Source: Candidatus Enterousia sp. (lineage in GTDB: Bacteria; Pseudomonadota; Alphaproteobacteria; Rs-D84). Taken from it: a stretch of 64,000 nucleotides of DNA. The first letter of the stretch is position 1. Each line of letters starts with the position of its first letter. The position numbers and the translations under genes were made by a program. Below are positions 44,373 through 53,858 of the stretch, one piece after another. A model generated the notes under the pieces. The model did not search any database, had not been told where the DNA came from, and worked only from the letters and a program-made list of their open reading frames with translations. The stretch lies in assembly GCA_045587125.1 (NCBI GenBank), contig JAZNBN010000016.1:96728-160727 (forward strand), given 5' to 3'.

Positions 44373-44927
44373 TTATTTTGTATGTTGAGATGCATTATAT
44401 ACAATCGTATCCACAGGATTTGTTTGTGTTTTGTTTGGTTTAGCAGGTGTTTCTGTTTTATTTTGAATTTTGTTTGATTTGTTGTCTGTGACGTTTTGAA
44501 CACCATTCATAACCAAGCAAGAAAGCACTGATGCAATAATCATCAGCATAAGTTCGCGGTATTTTAGATTGAACATATATTTTTTAAGATTTGCATTAAT
44601 GGTGCTTTGAAAAATATGATCGACTTGATACCACATATTTTCTGCCTTGTTTGCAGAAAAATTCATCATAATATAATCTGTATCGCTATTTCGTTTCATC
44701 CATATTTTATTGTTTGGCAAAATTTTATAACAGTTATCATTGAAACATACAAGGTATTGTTCTGATGATTTTTCTGGATCTATGTTGTTATAACGACTAA
44801 TGTATACGTTGCCAACCAATACTCTGTTGAAGTCAAACATAATGGTTTGATATTTATTTGTGTTATCTTCTAATTGGTTCAACACATCTGTCAAATTTGT
44901 AGCTTCAACATGTTTTTGTTTTTTCAT
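44373..44927 (-). CDS. Hypothetical membrane-anchored protein
   Basis: One TM (LMLMIIASVLSCLVM) near the C-terminal third, no motif. Confidence 0.5.
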   Translation of the reverse strand: MKKQKHVEATNLTDVLNQLEDNTNKYQTIMFDFNRVLVGNVYISRYNNIDPEKSSEQYLVCFNDNCYKILPNNKIWMKRNSDTDYIMMNFSANKAENMWYQVDHIFQSTINANLKKYMFNLKYRELMLMIIASVLSCLVMNGVQNVTDNKSNKIQNKTETPAKPNKTQTNPVDTIVYNASQHTK

Positions 44928-45041
44928 TTTAATTACCTTTTTAATAAAAATTTGCTCGTCAATACTTTACGTATCGTATTTAAGCGATATGATATCACTA
45001 AATTTATATCCGTCAAGTTTTTTTCTGATATGAATCTAACA

Positions 45042-45097
45042 CAGATAAAAATAAAACACCCAACAGGGTGTTTAATTTTTATGGCGGATGGTGAGGG
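45042..45097. repeat. 56-nt direct repeat, distal copy (terminator plus last 16 nt of tRNA-Ser)
   Basis: Identical to 45285-45340 by eye. Confidence 0.9.
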
Positions 45098-45284
45098 TGC
45101 CTTGACAAACAAAAATTAAAATCAAAAAAATCGTGTACCTACGATTTTTTAAGATTTTCTTAATTGTTTATCGTCGTATTCCCTCGGCTTGCCAGCCTGC
45201 GGGGCATTCGTAACGATTTGATTTCGCATGGCTTATCAAATCTACTCATTGTCGAACCCCTTGGGGGTTCTCATCCAACCACCG

Positions 45285-45340
45285 CAGATAAAAATAAAAC
45301 ACCCAACAGGGTGTTTAATTTTTATGGCGGATGGTGAGGG
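45285..45340. repeat. 56-nt direct repeat, tRNA-proximal copy
   Basis: Covers the tRNA-Ser 3' end (45325-45340) and its downstream terminator hairpin AACACCC-loop-GGGTGTT. Confidence 0.9.
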
Positions 45341-45414
45341 ATTCGAACCCCCGGTGGAGTTGCCCCCACAACGGTTTTCAAGACCGCCGCATTCGACCGC
45401 TCTGCCAACCATCC
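45325..45414 (-). tRNA. tRNA-Ser (anticodon UGA)
   Basis: Manual fold: GGATGGT acceptor, anticodon loop CTTGAAA, long variable arm, T-arm GGGGG-TTCGAAT-CCCTC, encoded CCA; 90 nt. Confidence 0.95.
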
Positions 45415-45564
45415 TAAACTTCATTAGAACCGACACGTAGTTTATATCTTGAAATGAAAAAAGTCAAATGTATTTTTTTATTGCGTGCCAAATTGTGTTT
45501 GTTTTTTGGTTGTATTCAATAATTCTTTTGTTACGATATTTTGTATAAACCAGGGGGAATTATT

Positions 45565-46035
45565 ATGAATGTTAAAATAATCAAGCCATCGGAAAAATAT
45601 ATTGAACACATGGTGCTGTTGGCAGATGAAGCCCGTCAGTATCACATTGATATATTAAATGGATATTTCAAATCAGATGCCTCATCTGTGGAACGTGATG
45701 TTATTCGGCACAGTATATCGCAATGCGATAAAAGTATAAACTTTATTGCGATTGATGATTCAGATAATGTTATCGGTATGATAATGGGGGACGTGTTATA
45801 TAAACCTTGGTTGATAAATTCTGATATTGGTCATGTTGGTAATTTTATAGTAACGGCAAATGCACGTGCCCAAGGCATTGGTAAAAAATTAATGGACGCA
45901 TTTATATCAGAATGTAAACAACGCAATATAAAAGAGGTAACATTGGGGGTATATAACAAAAACATTAATGCATATAAATTTTATAATGACTATGGTTTTG
46001 AACCGATTGTGCAAAAAATGAGTTTAAAGTTATAA
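45565..46035 (+). CDS. GNAT-family N-acetyltransferase
   Basis: Start behind GGGGGA. Acetyl-CoA motif RAQGIGKKLMDAF and C-terminal AYKFYNDYGFEP. Confidence 0.8.
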   Translation: MNVKIIKPSEKYIEHMVLLADEARQYHIDILNGYFKSDASSVERDVIRHSISQCDKSINFIAIDDSDNVIGMIMGDVLYKPWLINSDIGHVGNFIVTANARAQGIGKKLMDAFISECKQRNIKEVTLGVYNKNINAYKFYNDYGFEPIVQKMSLKL

Positions 46036-46073
46036 TATATAATCTAAAAGTACCGCCCCAATTGGGGCAGTAT

Positions 46074-46844
46074 TTATATATTCAATAAAATATTTTTAAA
46101 CAATTTTCGGGCACTGTGGTATTTATCACGCATATCTGTATCAGAACCAATCAAATGTTGTCCCACAGAAGAATTATCCGATACGATTAAAATAGCAGCA
46201 GCAGATTTTCCAATTAAATTCATAGAATTGAAAAATGTTGCCGATTCCATTTCTATAATATTTGCACCCATATTTTTAAATTCATCCAGATGTTGGTATT
46301 CGCACATAACGCTGTCCACAGAAATAGGGACGGCTTTTACAATATTTATATTTTGCATTTTGCAAATATTTTCAATTTCACAGTTTAACTGTTGGTTGGC
46401 ATACGCCCGTTTAAACATATTATTTGCATCCAGTTTATCGTATAAATACAATGATGCGCCATCGCCGGATATTGAATATTCTGGAATAATAATATCACCC
46501 AGTTTTATTTCTGGTACCAATGCCCCAACTGAACCGATGAACACAAATTTATCACAGTTTAAATCACTGCATGATAAACAAAAGTCAATCATATTTGGTG
46601 CGCCAACTTTTAATTGCGTATACAGATATTTTTTACCATTGTGCATAATTTTATGCACAGTTATATCTTTGTTTGAACAAATAACTTCAAAGTTAATATC
46701 GGACAAATTAAATACTTTTTCAATGGCCCAAGATGGTGCCACAAAAGCACAGTCAAAATGTTCACTTGATGCAATTCCGTAAACCATTTTTAATATATCA
46801 TCTGTATTAGAATATTGTTTAAATTTTTCTATAACATTGGTCAT
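46074..46844 (-). CDS. Nucleoside phosphorylase-family protein (PNP/UDP_1 fold)
   Basis: FIGSVGALVPEIKLGDIIIPEYSISGDGAS and IEMESATFF motifs. Confidence 0.65.
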   Translation of the reverse strand: MTNVIEKFKQYSNTDDILKMVYGIASSEHFDCAFVAPSWAIEKVFNLSDINFEVICSNKDITVHKIMHNGKKYLYTQLKVGAPNMIDFCLSCSDLNCDKFVFIGSVGALVPEIKLGDIIIPEYSISGDGASLYLYDKLDANNMFKRAYANQQLNCEIENICKMQNINIVKAVPISVDSVMCEYQHLDEFKNMGANIIEMESATFFNSMNLIGKSAAAILIVSDNSSVGQHLIGSDTDMRDKYHSARKLFKNILLNI

Positions 46845-46999
46845 ATTTTTACCCTTTTATTTCAGAATACCTTGTTAAGGGTACATTATAAAGTGATTTT
46901 GGTCAAAATAATTATATGTGTATGAGATTATGATAATAGCACGGTTTGTCTTGCTTTTTGTTCGCTATTATTATACTATCGTCGCAAAAGGATTTTTAT

Positions 47000-47848
47000 A
47001 TGCCACGTGTATCTGTTTTAACCCCGATTTATAATACAAATCCGACGCATTTGCGTGAGATGATTGAATCTATTTTGAATCAAACTTTTACGGATTTTGA
47101 ATTTTTGATTTTAAACGATAGTCCTGAAAACAAGGAGATTGAAAAAATTGTAAAATCGTATAAAGACAAACGCATCAAATATATTAAAAATGACAAAAAT
47201 ATGGGGATTTCTGCATCGCGTAATAAATTGATGGATATGGCGTGTGGTGAATATATTGCGGTATTTGATCATGATGATATATCTGTGCCATCGCGTCTTG
47301 AACATCAGGTTGCGTTTTTAGATAAAAACCCACATATTAGCGTGGTAAGTGGTTGGCTGGAAAAGTTTGGAGACACCAAAAACAATGGCGAAATATGGCG
47401 TCAGCCTGAACATGATTCTGATATCAAAATAGCCATGACAGAAAATTGTTCTGTATGGCATACGGCCGCTATGATACGTAAATCAGTTCTGGTGGATAAT
47501 GATATTAAGTACGAAGAATATTATTCCCCATGCGAAGATTATCGTTTATGGTCACGTTTAATGTGTGTGACTAATTTTCATAATTTACAAACAGTATTGG
47601 TAAAATATCGTGTGTTTGCCAATCAAACATCCGCACGTCAAAATACACGTATGAAGACACTGCATCATGTTATTCGTCTGGCTATAATTAATCAATTTCC
47701 TGCATATCGTGATGCAGCGGTTAAGATGGGGCTTACTGGCACCAGATTTAGACTGCGTTTGTTCGGACGTATCCCATTGATAAAGATAAAAAACAATACA
47801 ATATATTTATTTGAATTTATCCCTGTATTTAAGATTAAGTGGAGATAA
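47000..47848 (+). CDS. Family 2 glycosyltransferase
   Basis: VSVLTPIYNTNPTHLREMIESILNQTFTDFEFLILNDSP, DHDD. Confidence 0.85.
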   Translation: MPRVSVLTPIYNTNPTHLREMIESILNQTFTDFEFLILNDSPENKEIEKIVKSYKDKRIKYIKNDKNMGISASRNKLMDMACGEYIAVFDHDDISVPSRLEHQVAFLDKNPHISVVSGWLEKFGDTKNNGEIWRQPEHDSDIKIAMTENCSVWHTAAMIRKSVLVDNDIKYEEYYSPCEDYRLWSRLMCVTNFHNLQTVLVKYRVFANQTSARQNTRMKTLHHVIRLAIINQFPAYRDAAVKMGLTGTRFRLRLFGRIPLIKIKNNTIYLFEFIPVFKIKWR

Positions 47849-47852
47849 TTAA

Positions 47853-48671
47853 ATGAAGTTGCTAATACGATTGTTGGTGTGTTTAATTCCAGTCAAAAAG
47901 TGGCGTCAGTCATCCAGGGCTTTTTTATTGAATAAAATTTATCGCAATCGTTTCATCGTTTGTTGCATAGATGTAATGAATCTTATGAGCGCAAAAATAT
48001 GTAATAAGAAAAGATATGATGTGATTTATTCGATTGGACATAATTGTGCATGTGCTGCGAATCTGAAAAGATTTAATCTGCGAAATACAAGTGGCCCATT
48101 AGATTGGTTGTGGCGTCCAACATTATCCCAGGTTTTTGATGTTTTATCTAGCGATTTTAAGGATTTTCTTATAAAAGAAGATTTGGTCAAGATAGAAAAA
48201 AATCCGGTTCAGACAAATCATGATATGGAACACGATTATTATTACAATACCAGAAATAATTATCAGTTTTTACATGATTTTCCAACAGGATGTCCACTTG
48301 ATGAATGTTTTGATAAAGTAAAGACAAAATACGACAGAAGGATACAGCGTTTTATTAGTGATATGCATAGTCAGAAAGATGTTTTACTGGTTTACTTGAT
48401 ATTACACGACAAATTTGTATTTTCGGATGCAGAAGTGATACAAATGTGCAATTCATACTGTGATCATATTGGCAGAAGTATTGATTTTTTATTTATAGAA
48501 AATACTACATCTGATAATGGCGAAATAATAAAAAAACAATTAAGTAATAATATAACAAAAATATCTTTGTGCGTTGATATACAAAAAAATTTAAATGGTG
48601 ATAAAAAACAGTTGGCTGCAGTCTTTTCTAAATGTCAACTTAAACATTTTGAATATAACTTAGGGGGATAA
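47853..48671 (+). CDS. Hypothetical protein of LOS/capsule loci (DUF1796-like)
   Basis: YDVIYSIGHNCACAANLKRFNLRNTSGPLDW pattern. The start is uncertain. Confidence 0.5.
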   Translation: MKLLIRLLVCLIPVKKWRQSSRAFLLNKIYRNRFIVCCIDVMNLMSAKICNKKRYDVIYSIGHNCACAANLKRFNLRNTSGPLDWLWRPTLSQVFDVLSSDFKDFLIKEDLVKIEKNPVQTNHDMEHDYYYNTRNNYQFLHDFPTGCPLDECFDKVKTKYDRRIQRFISDMHSQKDVLLVYLILHDKFVFSDAEVIQMCNSYCDHIGRSIDFLFIENTTSDNGEIIKKQLSNNITKISLCVDIQKNLNGDKKQLAAVFSKCQLKHFEYNLGG

Positions 48672-48673
48672 CG

Positions 48674-49594
48674 ATGCCAAAAATTAGTGTAATTATTCCT
48701 GTGTATAACGTAGAAAAATATTTGTCCAGATGTTTAGATTCTGTAATCAATCAAACTTTTTCAGATATTGAAATTATTTGTATAAATGATGGTAGTACAG
48801 ATAATTCAAGTAAAATTCTGTCTGAATATGCGGATCGTGATTCCCGTATAAAAATTGTAAATCAGAAAAATTCTGGATTGTCTGCCGCACGAAATACAGG
48901 CTTGAAAAATATGTCAGGGCAATACATCAGTTTTATAGATTCAGATGATTGGATTGATACTAATTATTACGAGTGTTTATTATCCTTGATGAATGAAAAT
49001 GATGCAGATATTGTGTCTGCGGGCATTAGAATTGTTAATCAAGGCTATGTGTCAGATAATCCTACAAAAAATTTGATAACGGATAATTTTGAAGAAAAAC
49101 TGAAAAATCTGATAAATGGCAGTGTTTGTGATAAATTATTCAAGAAAGATTTGTTTCAAAATCTAGAATTTCCGCTTGGACGATATTATGAGGATAATAT
49201 TGTCATATTACAATTAATGCATTTATCGCATTTAGTTGTCTTTACCAACCAAGTGTCTTATTACTATTTCATAAACCAGTCTGGTATTTGCCGCTCCATA
49301 GATAAAAAGATAATGAATAAAAAACGAGAAGACAGGATGTTTTTTGTGCGGGAAATAATGAAGTTTGCAAGACTATTTTACCCGAAAAACGACACAGAAA
49401 TAAAAAACTTTTTGATAAGAACGATTGCCGGTGATTTTATATCAAAGAAATCGGCATATTATTTAGAAATCAGAAATTTATTTGGAACCAGATATTTGGC
49501 CAAAATAAAACTGCGCAAATTATTTTCCAAGCAGTTTGAACATATTAAGAAAAAAATAATCAATTCCTGTGGCACGGGTAAAAGATTACGTTAA
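48674..49594 (+). CDS. Family 2 glycosyltransferase
   Basis: ISVIIPVYNVEKYLSRCLDSVINQTFSDIEIICINDGSTDNS, DSDD. Confidence 0.85.
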   Translation: MPKISVIIPVYNVEKYLSRCLDSVINQTFSDIEIICINDGSTDNSSKILSEYADRDSRIKIVNQKNSGLSAARNTGLKNMSGQYISFIDSDDWIDTNYYECLLSLMNENDADIVSAGIRIVNQGYVSDNPTKNLITDNFEEKLKNLINGSVCDKLFKKDLFQNLEFPLGRYYEDNIVILQLMHLSHLVVFTNQVSYYYFINQSGICRSIDKKIMNKKREDRMFFVREIMKFARLFYPKNDTEIKNFLIRTIAGDFISKKSAYYLEIRNLFGTRYLAKIKLRKLFSKQFEHIKKKIINSCGTGKRLR

Positions 49595-49612
49595 TAACCA
49601 AGGGGATAAAAT

Positions 49613-50623
49613 ATGTCTACAATACCAATATTTATAACCACAGACGAAAATTATATCCATTATGCTGCTATAATGATTGCAAGTGTTTGTTATAATACAA
49701 AGTGCAAATGTGTTTTTTATTGTTTGGCTGATAATGTATCTGATTTTAGAAAAAAGCAAGTTGAAGAGTTGAAAAAAGAATTTTCAAATTTTGAAATAAA
49801 TTGGATTGATTTAAGTCCATCTCTTAAAGAATTCATATGTAATACATATTTGCCTAAAAATACTAAACAGGTATATACAGCAAATTTAGCAAATTACAGT
49901 CGTTTCTTTATTCCAAATTTGGTGCCAGATATTGACAAAGGATTGTATATAGATACAGATTTGCTATGTTATGGTGATATCGCTGAATTATATAACCAGG
50001 ATTTAGATGGTAATATTATTGGTGCAGTCGCAGATTCGTTTGTTATGACGGATAAATCGGCATTTGAAAAAGTATATAAATATATTTCAAAACAGCATTT
50101 GTACTTTAATGCCGGTGTAATGTTAATAGACTGTAAAAAATGGCGTGAAAATAAAATAGCTGAAAAAATCGCAAAATGTGATTCAGAAATTCGTGATATA
50201 AAATTATTTAATACGCAAGATCCGTTAAACAAGTGTTTTGAAGATGCTTATAAATGGCTTGAACATAAATTTAATTGGTTTTCATCATTTAGTAATGAAA
50301 ATTATTTAGACAAAGATATCCAGAATTATATTTCTAGAAATTTGCCTGTCACGGATATTGTAATTCATCATTTCCCGGGCGACAAACCAGATCAAAAGCC
50401 AAAAAAATTTGATGTCAAGACGTTAAGAAATTTTTGGTTCTTCGCATCAAAAACAGTCTTTTATCCAGAAATGCTATCAACACAGATTGAACAACTAAGG
50501 GTATTGGCAACCAGTGCTCACACAACAAGAGTAAAGTTGTTCGGAAAAATACCGTTGCTGAAAATTCGCAAGGGGAACGTGTATTTATTTAATTTTATAA
50601 AATTATTTACGGTGAAAAAATGA
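49613..50623 (+). CDS. Family 8 glycosyltransferase (LPS/LOS hexosyltransferase-like)
   Basis: IFITTDENYIHYAA, YIDTDLLCYGDIAELY, YFNAGVMLID. Confidence 0.85.
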   Translation: MSTIPIFITTDENYIHYAAIMIASVCYNTKCKCVFYCLADNVSDFRKKQVEELKKEFSNFEINWIDLSPSLKEFICNTYLPKNTKQVYTANLANYSRFFIPNLVPDIDKGLYIDTDLLCYGDIAELYNQDLDGNIIGAVADSFVMTDKSAFEKVYKYISKQHLYFNAGVMLIDCKKWRENKIAEKIAKCDSEIRDIKLFNTQDPLNKCFEDAYKWLEHKFNWFSSFSNENYLDKDIQNYISRNLPVTDIVIHHFPGDKPDQKPKKFDVKTLRNFWFFASKTVFYPEMLSTQIEQLRVLATSAHTTRVKLFGKIPLLKIRKGNVYLFNFIKLFTVKK

Positions 50624-51561
50624 AAATATTAATTACGGGCGGTGCTGGTTTTATTGGTTCAAATTTAGCGGATAAATTATATGATTTAGGGAATGATATC
50701 ATAATTATTGATAATTTTAATGATTATTATTCGCCAGAACAGAAACGTAAAAATATAATGAACAAACCTTATATTGTTTATAAGGCAGATATTTGTGACA
50801 TTGATAAGCTGGAACAAATATTTTTAGATCATAATATTGATGTTGTAATTCATTTGGCAGCACGTGCAGGTGTTCGCCCAAGTTTAGAAAATCCAATTGC
50901 ATATGGTCAGACTAATTTGATTGGCACTATGAATATATTAGAAACAATGCGTAAATATGGATGCAAAAAGTTATTATTTGCATCATCTTCATCTGTGTAT
51001 GGAAATTGTGCCGCAGATAAATTTAGTGAAGATATACCACGTACAAATCCTATTTCGCCATATGGTGCAACAAAACTTATGTGTGAAGAAATTGCATGGA
51101 CTTATGCGTATTTATATAATATGAAAATAATAGGATATCGTTTCTTTACTGTTTATGGTCCACGTATGCGTCCGGATTTAGCGATTCATAAGTTTGCAAA
51201 AATGATACTGCATGGTGATGAGATTCCAAAATTTGGTGATGGTTCAAATGTTCGTGATTATACGTATATTGATGATATCACAGATGGTATTATTGCCGGT
51301 TTATCTTACGACAAGACAAATTTTGAAATTATTAATTTGGGTGGTGGAAACCCTGTGTCGCTAAATCAGATGATTCAAACGATATCTGATGAGCTGGGGC
51401 AGACACCAAGGATAAAACAAATGCCTATGCAGGCCGGCGATGTTGATAAAACTGTGTCAGATTGTACCAAGGCGGCACGTTTATTGGGGTATACACCAAA
51501 AATAGATTTTAAAACAGGTGTACATAATTTTATTAAATGGATGAAAAATGAAAATATTTAA
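50620..51561 (+). CDS. NAD-dependent sugar-nucleotide epimerase/dehydratase (UDP-glucuronate 4-epimerase-like)
   Basis: ITGGAGFIGSNL, SSSSVYG, PYGATK. Confidence 0.85.
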   Translation: MKILITGGAGFIGSNLADKLYDLGNDIIIIDNFNDYYSPEQKRKNIMNKPYIVYKADICDIDKLEQIFLDHNIDVVIHLAARAGVRPSLENPIAYGQTNLIGTMNILETMRKYGCKKLLFASSSSVYGNCAADKFSEDIPRTNPISPYGATKLMCEEIAWTYAYLYNMKIIGYRFFTVYGPRMRPDLAIHKFAKMILHGDEIPKFGDGSNVRDYTYIDDITDGIIAGLSYDKTNFEIINLGGGNPVSLNQMIQTISDELGQTPRIKQMPMQAGDVDKTVSDCTKAARLLGYTPKIDFKTGVHNFIKWMKNENI

Positions 51562-52525
51562 AAAAGTTCGTTATCAAAATGGGCGTCGTCACATTTATTT
51601 GTTTGGAATAAAGATTTTTAGTTATAAAAGGCATATGCCTAAGTATAAGCGTATTTATCTTAAACGTTACAGCGGACTGTCCCGGGATGAAATACAATAT
51701 TGTTTAAAACAACAGTTTAAGAAATATATAGGACACAGACTACATTTAAATAATCCACGCACATTTAATGAAAAATTACAATGGCTGAAATTGAACTGCC
51801 AGAATCCATTGATGACAAAATGTGCGGACAAGGTGGGTGTCCGCGACTATGTCAAAGAAAAAATAGGGGACAAATATTTAATTCCATGTTTGGGGGTTTG
51901 GGACAAGGCAGAAGACATAGATTTTGATGCTTTGCCAGATAGGTTTGTTCTAAAAGTTAATTGGGGCAGCGGTCAAAATATAATTGTAAAAAATAAAGCA
52001 GAATTAGACATTATAGAAACTTGTAGCCAATTAAACACATGGCTAAAAACAGAGCACAATCATTATTATAATTTTTTCGAATGGCCATATAAAGATATTA
52101 AACCCAAAATCATAGCAGAGAAATATTTAGATTTTGCGGCAGATTTATTAGATTATAAAATAATGTGTTATAATGGTATTCCTAAAAATCTATTTGTTTG
52201 TTCTGAACGGCAGAGTGGTTTAAAAGTGACGTTTTTTGATTTAAATTGGAAAAGGTTGCCCTTTACAAGAAAATATCCTGCTTCAAAGAAAAAAATAGAA
52301 CGACCAAAAGAACTTGCAGAAATGATAAATATTGCGAAAGTTTTATCAGAACCTTTTCCGTTTGTTCGGGTAGATTTCTTTTGTCATAATAATCATCTGT
52401 ATGTCGGCGAATTAACTTTTTTCCCGGGGGCGGGATTAGAACGTTTTACCCCGAATAAATACGATAAAATAATGGGGGCGTTGTTATTATTACCCCATAA
52501 GTCGTGTGGTCCAGCACAAATTTAA
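51548..52525 (+). CDS. TupA-like ATP-grasp protein of polysaccharide loci
   Basis: FNEKLQWLKL...CADKVGVRDYV...FVLKVNWGSGQNIIV pattern. Confidence 0.55.
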   Translation: MKIFKKVRYQNGRRHIYLFGIKIFSYKRHMPKYKRIYLKRYSGLSRDEIQYCLKQQFKKYIGHRLHLNNPRTFNEKLQWLKLNCQNPLMTKCADKVGVRDYVKEKIGDKYLIPCLGVWDKAEDIDFDALPDRFVLKVNWGSGQNIIVKNKAELDIIETCSQLNTWLKTEHNHYYNFFEWPYKDIKPKIIAEKYLDFAADLLDYKIMCYNGIPKNLFVCSERQSGLKVTFFDLNWKRLPFTRKYPASKKKIERPKELAEMINIAKVLSEPFPFVRVDFFCHNNHLYVGELTFFPGAGLERFTPNKYDKIMGALLLLPHKSCGPAQI

Positions 52526-52538
52526 TAAATTTACATCG

Positions 52539-52568
52539 AAAAATAATCCGGCTTTGCCGGATTATTTA
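52539..52568. terminator. Bidirectional terminator
   Basis: 10-bp stem AATAATCCGG/CCGGATTATT between convergent genes. Confidence 0.8.
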
Positions 52569-53042
52569 TGCAGACAGATATGATACAAACCAGCCTTTTA
52601 ATGTATTGGTAGACTCAACAACTGAAAAATTAGTAGTTGTTTGTGCGTGTGTGCTTACCGCTTTAAATGTTATGGTATTATTGTTTTGTGTTAATTTATA
52701 TATGATAAAAACAATATAATTTACATCATGTAATTTTACTGGCATTGTAACGGTTGATGTATTTAAGGGGATTTCGCCACCCATTTCAACCCAGCCACTT
52801 TTATATTTTCTGAACCAAGTATGGTTATTTTCGTCGCTTGGATTTTGCCATTCTATTACATAGTCTGCACTTGAAATGTTCGGGATTTCACTTTCTTTGG
52901 CCAACGCTACGCCACCTGGTGTTTCACCGTCATGTACACGTAATGTTTTGGCATCTGTGTCCATAGTTATTTCACCAACGGCCCCCGTAAAATTATCGTT
53001 TTCCAATGTCGTCCCACGACGAATTTGAATTTGTCTTGCCAT
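52566..53042 (-). CDS. Phage tail-fibre-like small protein (Mtd/HylP-type N-terminal motif)
   Basis: MARQIQIRRGTTLENDNFTGAVGEITMDTDAKTLRVHDGETPGG is the N-terminal motif common in phage fibre or hyaluronidase proteins. Confidence 0.55.
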   Translation of the reverse strand: MARQIQIRRGTTLENDNFTGAVGEITMDTDAKTLRVHDGETPGGVALAKESEIPNISSADYVIEWQNPSDENNHTWFRKYKSGWVEMGGEIPLNTSTVTMPVKLHDVNYIVFIIYKLTQNNNTITFKAVSTHAQTTTNFSVVESTNTLKGWFVSYLSA

Positions 53043-53078
53043 TTTTTGTCCTTTGATTATTTGAAAGTTTGGGAAAAT

Positions 53079-53105
53079 AAAAAAAACACCCGCACATTGG
53101 CAGGT
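53079..53105 (-). terminator. Probable nrdDG operon terminator
   Basis: Minus strand ACCTGC-loop-GCGGGT followed by T8. Confidence 0.6.
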
Positions 53106-53153
53106 TTTGTATAGAGATATAATACCACATTTTAACTAAAAAATCAAGTCATT

Positions 53154-53855
53154 TTATTCGCGCCATACAACAGACGTAAACAAAGCATTTATTTTATCAC
53201 GCAATGTTGCGTCATTAAAGAACTGTTCACGCAGAGCAGGGGTGGTTTTGTTTTCCTCGTCTTCAAAGTGTGGAATATACTTTTGAATAGCAATGTTTTG
53301 TACACCCTTGTGTGCCAGAATATCTGCGATTTGTAATAAATCATCTTTGGTGACAAAGCGTGGGTCGCATGTAATGCGTACTTCAAAATCTTTACCTGTG
53401 GCCAGCCATATGTCCAGACTGCGAATCATATTATCATACGCAATATGTTGACCTGTTAAATCTGGATATTTTTCGCACGTTGCCTTAAAATCCAATCCAA
53501 TCCAATCAACAAATTCAGATGCACGTTTTAATAATTCTGGATAAAAGCCATTTGTATGCAGTCCAATTTTAAATCCTAAATCCCGCACACGTTTCATGTA
53601 TTCTATGGCTGTGTCACCTTGCATCAATGCTTCGCCACCAGAAAAGACGATGGCTTCTAATTTGCCAACACGTCCCTTTAACCATTCAAAGGTTTTTTCT
53701 GGGTCATATTCACCGTCATGTGGACATAATAAATGGGGGTTGGAACAATATACACACCGTAATGGACAACCAACCAAGAACAAAACCGCAGCCAGTTTTC
53801 CAGGATAATCTATTGTGGTGAATGGTACCAATCCCCCGATTTGAACTTCACGCAT
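53154..53855 (-). CDS. nrdG: Anaerobic ribonucleotide reductase activating protein (radical SAM)
   Basis: GCPLRCVYCSNP cluster motif, FSGGEA. Starts 3 nt after the preceding ORF. Confidence 0.9.
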   Translation of the reverse strand: MREVQIGGLVPFTTIDYPGKLAAVLFLVGCPLRCVYCSNPHLLCPHDGEYDPEKTFEWLKGRVGKLEAIVFSGGEALMQGDTAIEYMKRVRDLGFKIGLHTNGFYPELLKRASEFVDWIGLDFKATCEKYPDLTGQHIAYDNMIRSLDIWLATGKDFEVRITCDPRFVTKDDLLQIADILAHKGVQNIAIQKYIPHFEDEENKTTPALREQFFNDATLRDKINALFTSVVWRE

Positions 53856-53858
53856 TTT

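Noticed and set aside
45098-45284. Known ncRNA (SRP RNA, tmRNA, RNase P, common riboswitches) in the tRNA-Ser insert
   Set aside because: I could not match any conserved core motif of these families by eye. It is reported only as an uncharacterised structured insert.
45228-45440. Track ORFs 45228..45440 (+) and 45242..45436 (-)
   Set aside because: Both run through the tRNA-Ser gene and its duplicated 3' end, so they are artefacts of the structured RNA region.
52566-53042. Intact prophage around the tail-fibre-like gene
   Set aside because: No capsid, terminase, integrase or other phage-like genes are adjacent. The flanking genes are a glycosylation cluster and nrdDG.
53106-53135. Dedicated promoter plus attenuator for the tail-fibre-like gene
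   Set aside because: The -10-like element sits only a few nucleotides upstream of the hairpin/T8, which is more simply the nrdDG terminator. The arrangement is ambiguous without transcript mapping.
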